Source: the human T2T-CHM13v2.0 reference genome, Homo sapiens. From it: a DNA stretch of 64,000 nt. Where the stretch lies: NCBI RefSeq assembly GCF_009914755.1, contig NC_060933.1, one strand, 5' to 3'. The translations under genes and the position numbers were made by a program. The stretch's first letter is position 1, and every line of letters starts with the position of its first letter. This document shows, one piece after another, positions 18,184 to 31,902 of this stretch. Under the pieces are notes generated by a model. It saw nothing but the letters and a program-made list of their open reading frames with translations. It was not told where the DNA came from and did not search any database.

Positions 18184-19142
18184 TTTTTGTTTGTATACCT
18201 GATGTAGAAGCTTTTTTCTTTTTCGTTAAACATTTCTACCTTTTGACTCTATACTTTTTTAAAAACATTTCTTCCCTTTAAGTAAATCTTTTAAAATGTT
18301 TTTGCATGGGTATGTGTGTGTATGATTCCTGTGTCCTTCATTGTGTCTGAATGTTGACAGCTGAGTTGTTGTCCTGTGGGTGTAGTATAGTGTGTTCTTA
18401 AACATTTCAGGTATTTTTGAATTTATCTATGTTGTCTTTGAATCTTTTACAGGGATTCTATAACTGCCGTCATGTAAGTTGTTACAGAAGGGAGGCTGTT
18501 TTTGTGTCTTGTATATTTCTTTTCTTTCAGAAATTACAGATGTTTATAATTAGCTTCAAACACTGCCTTAATAGCAATTGGAAGATAACTGCCGTCAGCC
18601 GACGTGGTCTTTCCCTTTACTTCAGGAGGAGAATGACTACTAATCTGGAAGAAAGGTCTTACTATAGCAGTCAGATCACCAGAGTAGTGCCGAACACTTC
18701 CTGGCTTCATCTGAAAATTTGAGTAAGTGGACAAGAACTAGGAGACAAAGGCTATTGGACTTCACTCTTCATTTTATAGCTCTTCCTCTCCAGAAGGATA
18801 CTTCTGAATGGGATGAGAACACTGAAGAGAGCCAAATTGTGTTATCCAGGCAAATTAGAATTCTTAGCATCTCAAATAAAGCAGATTTCATGGAAAAGAT
18901 TTCCATGGATTTTTGGATACAATTATCATACCTTACTAGTTTAGCAGGAATCTCTTGGAGAGACTGTCACATTATTTCCAAAGGCCCAAATGTTGAACAT
19001 TTAATAGTGTGTACCACTATATTTTGGACCAGTAGAGTCCAAAATAGAGTAAGGAACCCCACTTAGAACCTTCCAGTGTTATATAAAAATAATTTTAGAA
19101 TAAGATTTTGAAATAAATTATGTCTTCCTCTGGTGGTGATGA

Positions 19143-19436
<294 letters not shown>

Positions 19437-21290
19437 TAATTCAGGAACTTAAATGAGACTAATTTGATTTCTAGATCTTTCAGTTTGTCATCATTGCATC
19501 CCTTAAATTTGTAAATATATTAAGAAAGGATAAATGCTACTGTAATAGAAAATTCAATACATTATAACATTAAAAGAAATCCTCAAATGTTAAGCCCAGG
19601 TACGTTCAATTTGAGTCTTACATCTTTTTAATCAAAGATCTGTCAATACAGCTAAAAGTGCAGTAAGTATTAGCTAGAAGGTCTTCAGCCTTAATTAAGC
19701 TAAAGTTGCTAAATTCTGATACAGGACTCAACTCATGATTTCTCTACTGATGTGATAGAGCTCTACCTAGTAACTTTCCCTAGTTACCTTGGACACAAAG
19801 ATTCTCAGCATAAGGTGAGTGTAGTAAAGCTCATTCAGAAATATTTGTGTGTGTGTACGTGCATGCTGTAACAATAACATTGTTAGAAAACTAGTATACA
19901 TTATGAAAAGTCTATTTTTTATTAGCCAAATGTCCTGTGAAAGGATACATTCACTTGCCGAATGAAAGTTATCATGCAAAATCAGATTAGAGGCCTCTTT
20001 TCACTCATCCAAAAACACAATTTAATGCCATCTATTAAAGGAAGCACCATGTTTTTTGGTGTTTTGTTTTTGTCAGTTAAGAATCTTTTGTTTTAAATTC
20101 AAATGAAATTGATATCCTAGTCACTTCTAATGATGACTCTAATGAATTGTAATGGTAATTTTTCAGTGAAAATTTATCACTGTAAAGAACCCTACGGAAG
20201 CACTATAAAGAAATATAGATTTAGACATTTCTGTGGTACTTCAAGTCTAAGTAGTTTGAGTTAGAGATCTTATGAAGATGCAGTGTTGGAATACAAATAT
20301 GGGAGATTGAACATTTCATGTAAAGTTAATCTTTATGGAATAAGTTGCCAAAAGAATAAAATATATGGATAGATATAGATATATAAAATTGAATTTTTGC
20401 TGGCTTTATTTGGTAGCATAGTTTATATGAATACAAAGAAAAGAATTAATGCCATGTATTCATTTGTTCTACAAACAAATTCAGTTCTGTTCATTATGTG
20501 TTCAGACACTCTTGTAGATAGTAGAGTTACAGCCCTGAAGAGAGTATTGAAGGTTCCTGCTCATCTCTCATGAGTTTATAATTGTAATGAGCTTTATTGT
20601 TCTGGTGATGGGGCATAAAACACATGCCACGTTAGAGGCCAACCCTGTAATGTCGGATCTTCACACTCTCATTCCTGTTTGTTGTTTAGCCGGTATATGC
20701 AAGGCTGTAAAGAACATTAGGAATCAGAGACACCTAAAATATGACCCATCTTCCACAGAGACAGTGATCCCTAGGTATTATATGAACTTGAAGCATTGCA
20801 AGAGACATGATAACAGTTTGTGAGATATCTAAATCCATATACCAATGAATGGTTAAAATGAGATCCCACTGAGTCTACTGGAATATATATAGTTCTTCTG
20901 TGCTAACTCGTTTTGTTAATAAAAATTATTTTGAGATATAGCAATACCCTGTGCCTAAGGGCCTGGACTCTGGAGCCAAGTAAACCTGAGTTCAATTGTA
21001 GCCTTTTTCCTTTTACTAGAGTTATTATTTTTTATTATGCTTATCTGACGTCAGTTTCCAGGTTGTAAAAGAGAGATAATTGTAGTGCTTATCTTGGTGT
21101 TGTTGCTAGGGTTAGAACAAATGAGGTAATGTATGTACAGCCATACCTCAGAGATACTGCACGTTCAGTTCCAGACCACCAGAATAAAGCGAATATGGCA
21201 ACAAAGCAAGTCACACGCATATATTTGTTCTCCAGTGCATATAAAAATTATGTTTATAATGTAGACTATTATGTACAATCACGTCGTTAA

Positions 21291-21366
21291 AAAACTATAT
21301 ATACACTATATAAAACTATATATAACTATATAAAACTATATATAACTATATAAAACTATATATATA
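21291..21366. repeat. AT-rich minisatellite, about 20-nt unit taaaactatatataactata
   Basis: About 3.5 tandem units read directly. Confidence 0.9.
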
Positions 21367-22330
21367 CACACCTTAATTTAAAAATACATAATTGCTAAAA
21401 AAAAAAAAAAAATCCTGATCATCTGAAGCCTTCAGTGAGTCCATCTTTTTGCATGCCTGGTGTTGATGGTTGCTGACTGATTAGGATAGGGATTGCTGAA
21501 GGTTGGGATAGCTGTGGTAATATCTTAAAATGAAGTTTCCCACATTGATTGACTCTTCCTTTCACGAAAGATTTATCTGTAGTATGTGATGCTGTTTGAT
21601 AGCATTTTACCCTCAATAGAACTTCTTTCAAAATTGGAATCAGTCCTCTCAAACCCTACTGCTGCTTTATCAGTTATTTTTATGGAATAATCTAAATCCT
21701 TTGTTGTCATTTAAACAATCATAGAATCTTCCCCGATAATAGATTCCATCTGGAGAAACCATTTTCTTTGCTTATCCATAAGAAGCAATTTCTCCTTTGT
21801 TCAAGTTTTATCATAGGATTGTAACAATTCAGTTACCTCTTCATGCTCCACTTCTAATCCCCTTGCTATTTGCACCATATCTGCAATTACTTCCTCCGCT
21901 GAAGTCTTGAACCCTCAAAGTCATCCATGATGGTTGCAATCCACTTTTTCCAGACAAACTCCTGTTACTATTGATATTTTGACCTCGTCTTATTAATCAC
22001 AGATGTTTTTAATGGCATCTAGAATAGTGAATCCTTTCCATAAGTTTTCAATTTACTTTGACCAGATCCATCAGAAGAATCACTCCCTGTGGCAGCCCAA
22101 CAAAATGTATTTCTTAAATAATAAGACTTGAAAGTTGAAATTACTGTTTGATCCATGGGGGCTGTAGAATGGATGGTTGTGTTAGCAGGCATGAAAATGA
22201 CATTAATCTCGTACATCTTCATCAGAGCTCTTGAGCCCGAGTGACTAGGTGCATGGTCAATGAGCAGTAATATTTTTCTGAGCGATAGGTCTCAACAGTG
22301 GGCTTAAAATATTTAGTAAACTTTAAGTAA

Positions 22331-22956
<626 letters not shown>

Positions 22957-23007
22957 TAGGATTTTTGGAATGGAGTCTTGGCTTCAACTTAAAGTCACCA
23001 GCTGCAC

Positions 23008-23133
23008 CAGGCATGGCGGCAGCCACCTGTTGTCCCAGCTATTTGGGAGACTGAGGCAAGAGGATCCCTTGAACCCAGAACTTCAAGTCCAGGTTGAGCA
23101 AAACAGCAAGACCATGTCTCTAAAGAAATTAAA
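23008..23133 (+). mobile_element. FLAM-type Alu monomer
   Basis: Monomer flanked by a perfect 18-bp direct repeat taaagtcaccagctgcac (22990-23007 and 23134-23151). Confidence 0.85.
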
Positions 23134-25434
23134 TAAAGTCACCAGCTGCACTAGCCCCTAACAAGAGAATCCGACTGTCTTTTGAAGCTTTAAAGCCAGG
23201 CATTTACTTCTCTCTAGCTATGAAAGTCCTGGATAGCATCTTTCAATAGAAGTCTATCTCATCTACATTGAAAATCTGTAGTTTAGTGTAGCCACTGTCA
23301 TCAGTGATCTTAGCTAGATCTTCTGGCTAACTTGCTGTAGCTTCTGCATCAGCACTTGCCCCTTCACCTTGTGCTTTTATGTTATGGAGGTGAATTCTTT
23401 CCTTAAACCTCATGAACCAATCTCTGCTAGCTTCACCTTTTCTTCTGCAGCTTCCTCACCTCTCTCAGCCTTCATATAATTGAAGATAGTTAGGGCCTTG
23501 CTCTGGATTAGGCTTTGGCTTGAAGAAATGTTGTGGCTGGTTTATCTTCTATCCAGACCACTAAAACGTTCTCCATATCAGCAATCAGGCTGTTTTGCTT
23601 TCTTATAATTCTTGTGTTCACTGGAGTAACACTTTCATAATACTTTCCTTCAAGAATTTTTCCTTTGCATTCAAGATTGGCTGTTTGGTACGAGAGGTAC
23701 TACCTTTCAGCCTAACTCAGCTTTTGACATGTCTTTCTCACTAAGCTTGGTCGTTTCTAGCTTTTGATTTAAAGTGATAGACATATAACTCTTCATTTCA
23801 CTTGAACACTTAGAGGTCATTGTAGGGCTGTTAATTGGCCTAATTTCAATATTGTTGTTTCTCACGTAATAGGGAGGCTCAAGGAGAGGGAGAGGATTTG
23901 GGAAACGTCCAATCAGTGGGGCAGTCAGAACACACATTTATAGATTAAGTTCACTCTCTATGGCTGTAGTTTATGGCACCTCAAAAAGGACTATAAAATA
24001 GCAGTATCAAAGATCAGTGATCACAGATCACCATAACAGATATAATAATGATAAAAAAAGTTTGAAATATTGTAAGAATTAACAAAATGTGACTTAGAGA
24101 CACGAAATGAGCATGTGCTGTTGGACAAATGGTGCCTGTAGACTTGCTTGATGCAGAGTTGCCATAAACCTTCAATTTGTAAAAAACACAATATCTGGGA
24201 AATACAATAAAATGGAGTATAATAAAATTAGATATGCCTGTAATTATTAGCATGGTGCCTAATAATAACTCATTATATTTTTATTATTCCAGATGAATAC
24301 CAGTTTATGCAAGTTCTTAGTCATCATTATATAAATTCCTCATTTTTGTCCTCTTTGGCAAGACAAAATCTATTCTATTTAAGAGTAGATTTTAAGAATT
24401 TAAAAGAATAGATTTTAAGAATTTAAAAAAGAATCTTTTTTTCCTTTCAAGGTTAACAGAGTAGTTAAAACACCATGACAGTTTTCCACACATGCTAATT
24501 GGCAAGCAGTTGAAACAGTAAAACCTCAGTGATTTGAACTGCTCTGAATTATACAGTATTTTAAAAGAAATGTTACTGCTGCTTTCAGGGATATGTAGTA
24601 TGATGGACCCGTAAATGTTGATCCATTAGAGGTTCTGCTGAACTTTAGTGAGACTTTTGTTACTGTGCACCTACATTACCCTTGATGCTCTCACTCTGGC
24701 TCTTCTCCTAGAATATATTAAGTACGTTAATTGATGGTCTGCTGTTGTCAGTACATATAACTATTTGATGAGCATAGTTATTTTCCTTCTCCAGGCTTTT
24801 GGTTGTACCAGTTGATGACAACAATTCGTATCTCTTAAGATATAGTAGTTTCTTACACTTGATTTTATGTCAAAGGTTATGCTCAGCTTTCCTGCCCTGT
24901 CTAAGCTGTCAGTATAGCCTATACCTATGGTTTTGCTGACAGTCAAGATAGCATATTAGCATGGGAGAGGATGAAGTTATGAGGGATAAAATAAGTGCTG
25001 GTTGCTCTTCAGATTTGACCATATAGTCAGTAAGATTTTATTTTTTTAAAACCAACTTACCTCAGACAAGGTAAGCTACCTGTCACTTCTTTATTCTTGT
25101 TTACATTTATTCTCATTCAAGAATATGAAATCATTAAGTTTTGAGGTAATAAATTTCTACTATATTTGATTGTGAAGTTTGCTTGAATACCTTCTTTTTC
25201 CTGGCCATGGCACTCGAGTCTGAGGTTTGAAGTGAATTAGTAAAACTTTCTTTATCCCTAAAAATTCATCATAAAACTCTAAGGAAGTTATACTTATTAA
25301 GTTTTCTCTAAAGATAAGATTGTTTTGAACAGTTTGTCTATTTACTTCTTAAATAGTTTTAAAATGGCAGTATTTACCATTTTACAATTAACTTCCTGAA
25401 TTTTGTTGGTTTTAGAAATAAGCTTAAATTTTAA

Positions 25435-25870
<436 letters not shown>

Positions 25871-27413
25871 TGAATTTCATGTTTTTAATCCCCCATTTTT
25901 GCTATTTTTTTTTAAACGTTCATACCTCTTTGCAACACTTGTCTTCCACATGAGTCAGATATTGATTAGATTTTGGTTTTTTGTTTTGCCGAACAACATG
26001 TTCTTGTCCTTTAACCAATTTTCTTAAATATATTTCCTATTAATGATTAACACATTCTTTGGTTGGGACTTAAAGCCTTTTATTTTAGTGATTTATTCCT
26101 ATTTTTAATCTTTTCATATTTTGCATTATTTTTCAGAAGTATTTTTGTTAAGGGATTCTGTTTCTTCATAACATTTGGATGATTTGAGAGTGTTAGAAGT
26201 GTCTCTGTTACCATGGCTCTGTCCTTCAAGTTCCACTTTCTTTGTGTTTCCAAATGTATCATTAATTTGGTTTGAATTTATTTATGTCTAATAAAGTATG
26301 GTTTATGTACTCATCTTTTCTAAATGCAAAAGGACCTGTTTACCAGTAACCATGTATTTTAATTATTACCTATAGATTCTGACAATTGTATATAATGAAT
26401 GCAGTTTCCATTGTGTTTCTGTTTCTTTTAGTAATTCTTAAACTATGATAGGTAATTTATATATATACTTTTAATGAATAAGGCGAAAAAAATGTTTTTC
26501 CTTTAACATTTAAGCATATAAATGAGGCTAACATGTCTAAAGTACTGGCATTGTTAATTCCTTCATAGTTCAGCCAAATCTTGGTCTTTATGTAAAGGCC
26601 CTACATGATGATTCCCAAACCCTGATTTTGCTAATTCTTCATTTATTTTAAAGGCTATCACAAATTATTTTAATAGAACCATTTATACCTAGCATCTGTT
26701 TGGGATGGAGGAAGATAGGATTTTTGACACTAAATTATTTGAATACTGTTGACCTGGAAAAAATTAGCAGCCTACCTCAGCAACTATCAGTATCCAGGGA
26801 TATCAAAGACATTTTTTGAGGTACCATGAGGAAAGTATGACTGATACCATGAGGAAGAAACATCATGATATGTTTGGTATAGTGAAACGCACTGGAATTA
26901 GAAGTGAAGAATCCAGTTTTCTGAGCCCAGTTTTGCAACTAACCCCAAGCAAGTCACTTAGATGTACTCTTACCTAATTACACAAGATGGTGAAAATTTA
27001 GATTTAGAAGATTCATTAGACACTTACTGATCCTCAGTTTCTTTGTGTGTAAAAGGAAGAGATTGGTTTGGATGAGCAACAGGAGTTTTTCGGTTCCAAA
27101 ATTCTGGGGTTTTTTCCCCCCAAAAATGATGTTTTGAGTAGTCTAAAGCTTCTTATATAATGCATTCATAAAGTCAGGCAGGAATTTGTGACTACAACGT
27201 GACATTTGTAGACTTTTTACAGCGTGACGTTCTCTCCCATTAACTTCTGTGGATTCAGTTTGAAAGTTTTGGATTCTGTTTATAATGTTCTTATTCCGTA
27301 TTCTCATGTTTATAATGGAGACTGACCAGCAAGATTTTGCTGTGCGATGAGTTATCTTTGACGCTTTGACGTTTATTCAAATACAGTCACTCTAATAACA
27401 AAGGATACGGTTG

Positions 27414-27779
27414 GCAGCCATAAAAAATGATGAGTTCATATCCTTTGTAGGGACATGGATGAAATTGGAAACCATCATTCTCAGTAAACTATCGCAAGAA
27501 CAAAAAACCAAACACCACATATTCTCACTCATAGGTGGGAATTGAACAATGAGATCACATGGACACAGGAAGGGGAATATCACACTCTGGGGACTGTGGT
27601 GGGGTCGGGGGAGGGGGGAGGGATAGCATTGGGAGATATACCTAATGCTAGATGACACATTAGTGGGTGCAGCGCACCAGCATGGCACATGTATACATAT
27701 GTAACTAACCTGCACAATGTGCACATGTACCCTAAAACTTAGAGTATAATAAAAAAAAAATAAAAAAAAAAAAAAAAAA
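27414..27779 (+). mobile_element. 5'-truncated L1HS-Ta insertion
   Basis: Ta-diagnostic ACA at 27657-27659 and G at 27742, an approximately 30-nt poly(A) tail, and a perfect TSD aaaggatacggttg at 27400-27413 and 27780-27793. Confidence 0.95.
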
Positions 27780-28793
27780 AAAGGATACGGTTGATTACGT
27801 TTCAAAACAGACTACTATGACCATAAAGCTCATTCATCTATCAAGTGTGTTACATTTAAGGTTTTGGATGGAAAGCATTATATGAATTACTTTCTCTGGA
27901 TTCTTTTAGCTCTTACTTATACCAGATGCTGTTGTGACTGTTGAAACTGGTTTAACTGCTTATATGCACAGATTAGATTTGATTTAAGTTGGGTCTGGAA
28001 AGTAGAAAGTGATGAGAGGTAGGCTTAATTACAATGCCCAAACTTAGCATAATATGGAAATAAAAGTTAGGTACTTGGAATAAACCATAGCTTTTAAACT
28101 ATTGGAAGGTTAACGATCTATTAATGGTGTATGTAGGCTCTTGAATTCTATTAGCAGTGGCATTCTTGAGATCAACATTTGTATTCTTCATTTTTAAACT
28201 TCGCCATATGGAACAAAAGAAAATGAATCTTTGAAAGCCAGTTTCTTTTCAGATATCAAAAAACTGAAACAGAATAAAAGAATGTAAAATTAAAAATAAA
28301 AGCTTAACTTCTGCCTCCACCATTATGCTTCAGAAGCCCAGTGATCAGTGCTGTTAATAGATTGATGTGTACCTTCCAGAAGTTTCTACATGTTGAAACT
28401 GGTTTAACTGCTTATATGCACAGATACATGTACGTACAAATATATGTACATGTATGCATTTCTACTTTTCATTCTATACATTCTCTTGTAATATAATTTT
28501 ATTTACTATATCTTATACATCTCTCTATGTCAGTATGCACAGGTTTTTTATGACTTCATAATGCTCCATTGTATGGCTGTACATGAATTTATTTAACCAG
28601 TACCCTTTTAATGAATATTTAGATTTTGTGCTTTTAATACAATATTGCTGTGAAGATTCTTATATGTATATTTTGGCATACTTTTGCCTAAGATAAATTC
28701 TAGCAGTGTAATTGCTGACTCAGAGGGTATGTTTAATTGATTTGCATTTTCCTAATTTTGAGTTATAGTGAATATTTTCTCATGTTTATCAGT

Positions 28794-28828
<35 letters not shown>

Positions 28829-29124
28829 AACTACCTTTTCATATTCTTCACACATTTTTCTACTGCTTTACTCATTTTTTTCTGTCGGTTTCTTCAAATT
28901 GCTAGAATTGTCTATATTTTGAAAATGACTCTATATCTCTGTATTGACAAATATTTTCCCAAATTGTCCTTTGATTTTTCTGTTATTTTACTTTATTACT
29001 GTTTATTTGCTTATCGTTTTGCCATTCAGTAGTGGTTAAGTTCTATGTACTTAACAATTTTTTATGTTGTGTTTTATGGACTCTGTTATATTTTGGCCTT
29101 TCCCACTTCAAGATTATTAAAATG

Positions 29125-29435
<311 letters not shown>

Positions 29436-29908
29436 TTACTTTTTATAGTACTTTTATAGTTATTTTCTATACTTAAATCATTGATCCATGTAGAATTGAT
29501 AGGGTATATAGAGAGAAGGATACAGCTTTAGCCAGTGAGTTACTTAAAACGCCATTTATTTGATAATACATGTGTTTACCCACTAATTTGAAGTGCTGTC
29601 TTCATTTAATAAATTTCCGTAATTGGATAGGATTTTATAATGTCGTATATGCATAGTGGTCAGTTTCTGTAATCTGTATTCTTTCCTTTGATATGTCTGC
29701 ATATACTTTACCACCACCAAACTATTTCACTACTGCAGCTTTATAAATTGCATTAATGTCTTCCAGAGTAGTTCTTCTCATTCTTCTTTCATAATTTACT
29801 GGATATTACCACATATTTTTCCTAGCTACATTTTAGTATAATTTTGACAAATCACTTCTTAGCTCCTACCCCATGCTCCAAAAACCACCATCTTGGGATC
29901 ACATGAAG

Positions 29909-29910
<2 letters not shown>

Positions 29911-29956
<46 letters not shown>
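29911..29956. repeat. (GT)23 microsatellite
   Basis: Counted directly. Confidence 0.97.
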
Positions 29957-29961
<5 letters not shown>

Positions 29962-30329
29962 TTGGGAGGGAGTCAATAACATCTTTATTATGATAAATTT
30001 TTATATCCAAGAATAAGATATGGATTTCCATTTCCAAAATTTCTTTTACTCCCCTGAATAGAGTGGTATGGCTTTTATCACCTATATTCTGCACAGTATT
30101 TATTAAACTTACATGTAAATATTTATCTTTTTATTACCCTTGTAAACGGGATTTCTTTCTCTTCCATTTCCAAATTGATTACTGGGTTTTGTGTGCTTGG
30201 ATTTTCCAGATGTACTGTCATCCACAAATAATTTCTACTCATGATGCTTCTTCCTCTTAATATTTCTTAAAACAGTTCTTTTCATCTAAGTTTTCAAAAT
30301 TATTTGCATAATTTATAAATTATCTAATA

Positions 30330-30641
30330 CAGTAGTCCTGTCATTTCCACAGTTGCTTTCTGCAGTTTCAGTTACCCATGGCCAACCATGGTTTGAAAAT
30401 ATTAAATGGAAAATTTCAGAAATAAACCTTCACATACCTTTTATTACAGTATAATTGTTCTATTTTATTATTGGTTATTGTTAATCTCTTACTGTGCCTA
30501 ATTGATAAATTAAACTTTATCATAGGTGTGTGTATATAGGAAAAACCATAGAATATATGTAGGGCTCAGTGCTGTCTGTGGTTTCAGGCACCCACTGGAG
30601 GTCTAGGAACATATCCCCCTGCAGATAAGGGAGAACTACTG
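30330..30641 (+). mobile_element. MER44A-like Tigger MITE
   Basis: cagtagt...actactg termini with TA on both sides. Confidence 0.8.
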
Positions 30642-31816
30642 TAATTCATATTATTTTTTTCTGAATCTGTATGTATGTCCCTTTTTCATTTGTATTACAA
30701 AGTGTTTGTGTTTATTTGCCCTACCTACTACAGTAAATAGTAAAGATATTCTTTTCCTCAATATTTTATAATCATTGAAGTTAGAAACTTCTTCCATGCA
30801 ATTAATCTGTATGAGTCATCCTGCTATTTTAGTTTTTTAACTTCTTTCTCAGATAAAAATGAAAACTATCAATTTTCTATACGAAGATCATCATGAAGTC
30901 ACTTCTTAGCTTTCTTCTAAGCTAAATAATTTTAGTTTTTTGGTACAGTTTCATGGAACACAATTTTCTAAAACCTTTATATCCTCTTTTGGATTTCTTT
31001 ATGATTTTTCACATTTGGCTAAATTCATAACATGCCTCTTCTTGAGGGAACTTAGTCATAATTACATTGCTTGCCTTGCCTGTAAAAACAGTAGGCTAGC
31101 CTGCTATGTACTTTAAATAGCTGAAGTACGTCCATCCTCAGAGCAAATATTACTGAAAATGGAATTTAAAATGGTAAATCTATTTTGTTCATATGGTTAT
31201 ATTTACATTTCTTGAAGCAAACAATTGTTAATAAACAGTGTCATGGATAGACAGTGTTTCAACAGTCTTGAAAATAAAGATTGATTCAAAGGCTAAGTAA
31301 GCCTTGGGGTCCCTGTTTGTCCAGAAACTCTCTGCTCTTTATTTTTTACTAAGTTGTGAGATTGACAAAGAAAAGCATATTTGTTACATACGAAATTTCT
31401 AGCGCAAGGCAGAAGCTAATAAGTAATTTATGTGATGCATATGTTTAGATATGTGTTAGTATTTACATGTGTTTTTGTACAAATATTATTAAATACTAAT
31501 GTGTTTTCCAATATAAAGTCACTGTAATAGTTAAATACCTCATTAGATTGAATTTAAACTTTGTAAGATAACATCAGCTTCTAAAAGTCTAGCATTAAAG
31601 GCTGGCATTGCTGCAACTGAGTAATGTTAAATAAAGTAGTGCAAGTAGATGCTTTTAAAAAGGAAACAGCAATGATTTTACAAATAATTAAATGTTTTCT
31701 CTATGTTAATGGTTTGCCCCATTGAGAAATGGTTTTTAGAGGACTATAAGGCATTGTTTGCATTACAGTAGGAAATACTATCAATTTTCTCATTGTCTCT
31801 CACTTTTTTCTTTTAG

Positions 31817-31902
31817 GTCATGGAAAATGGAAGATTTGCAAAATACAAATATTTTACCCATGTCATGATCAATAAGACAGATATGCTAATGATAACCAGA
31901 CG
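31817..31902 (+). CDS. VPS13A: VPS13A exon 70 (86 nt), VMENGRFAKYKYFTHVMINKTDMLMITR(R)
   Basis: Acceptor ttttttcttttag and donor CG|gtaact. In frame with exon 68. Confidence 0.97.

Noticed and set aside
19812-19820. Consensus donor AAG|GTGAGT
   Set aside because: No credible upstream acceptor within exon distance.
21291-21366. Regular short repeats as a CRISPR-like array
   Set aside because: Head-to-tail AT-rich minisatellite with no unique spacers, in human DNA.
24386-24428. Short local duplication tagattttaagaatttaaaa x2 (similar cases near 17588, 26822 and 49182)
   Set aside because: Ordinary slippage-type duplications in AT-rich DNA.
25013-25076. 58-nt candidate exon with donor AAG|GTAAGC inside a CTTACCT/AGGTAAG stem
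   Set aside because: Short, weak pyrimidine tract and no other support. Consistent with chance.
28798-28824. T27 run (and A22 at 63615-63636) as a solo retro-insertion
   Set aside because: No TSD could be identified. Simple homopolymer expansion is sufficient.
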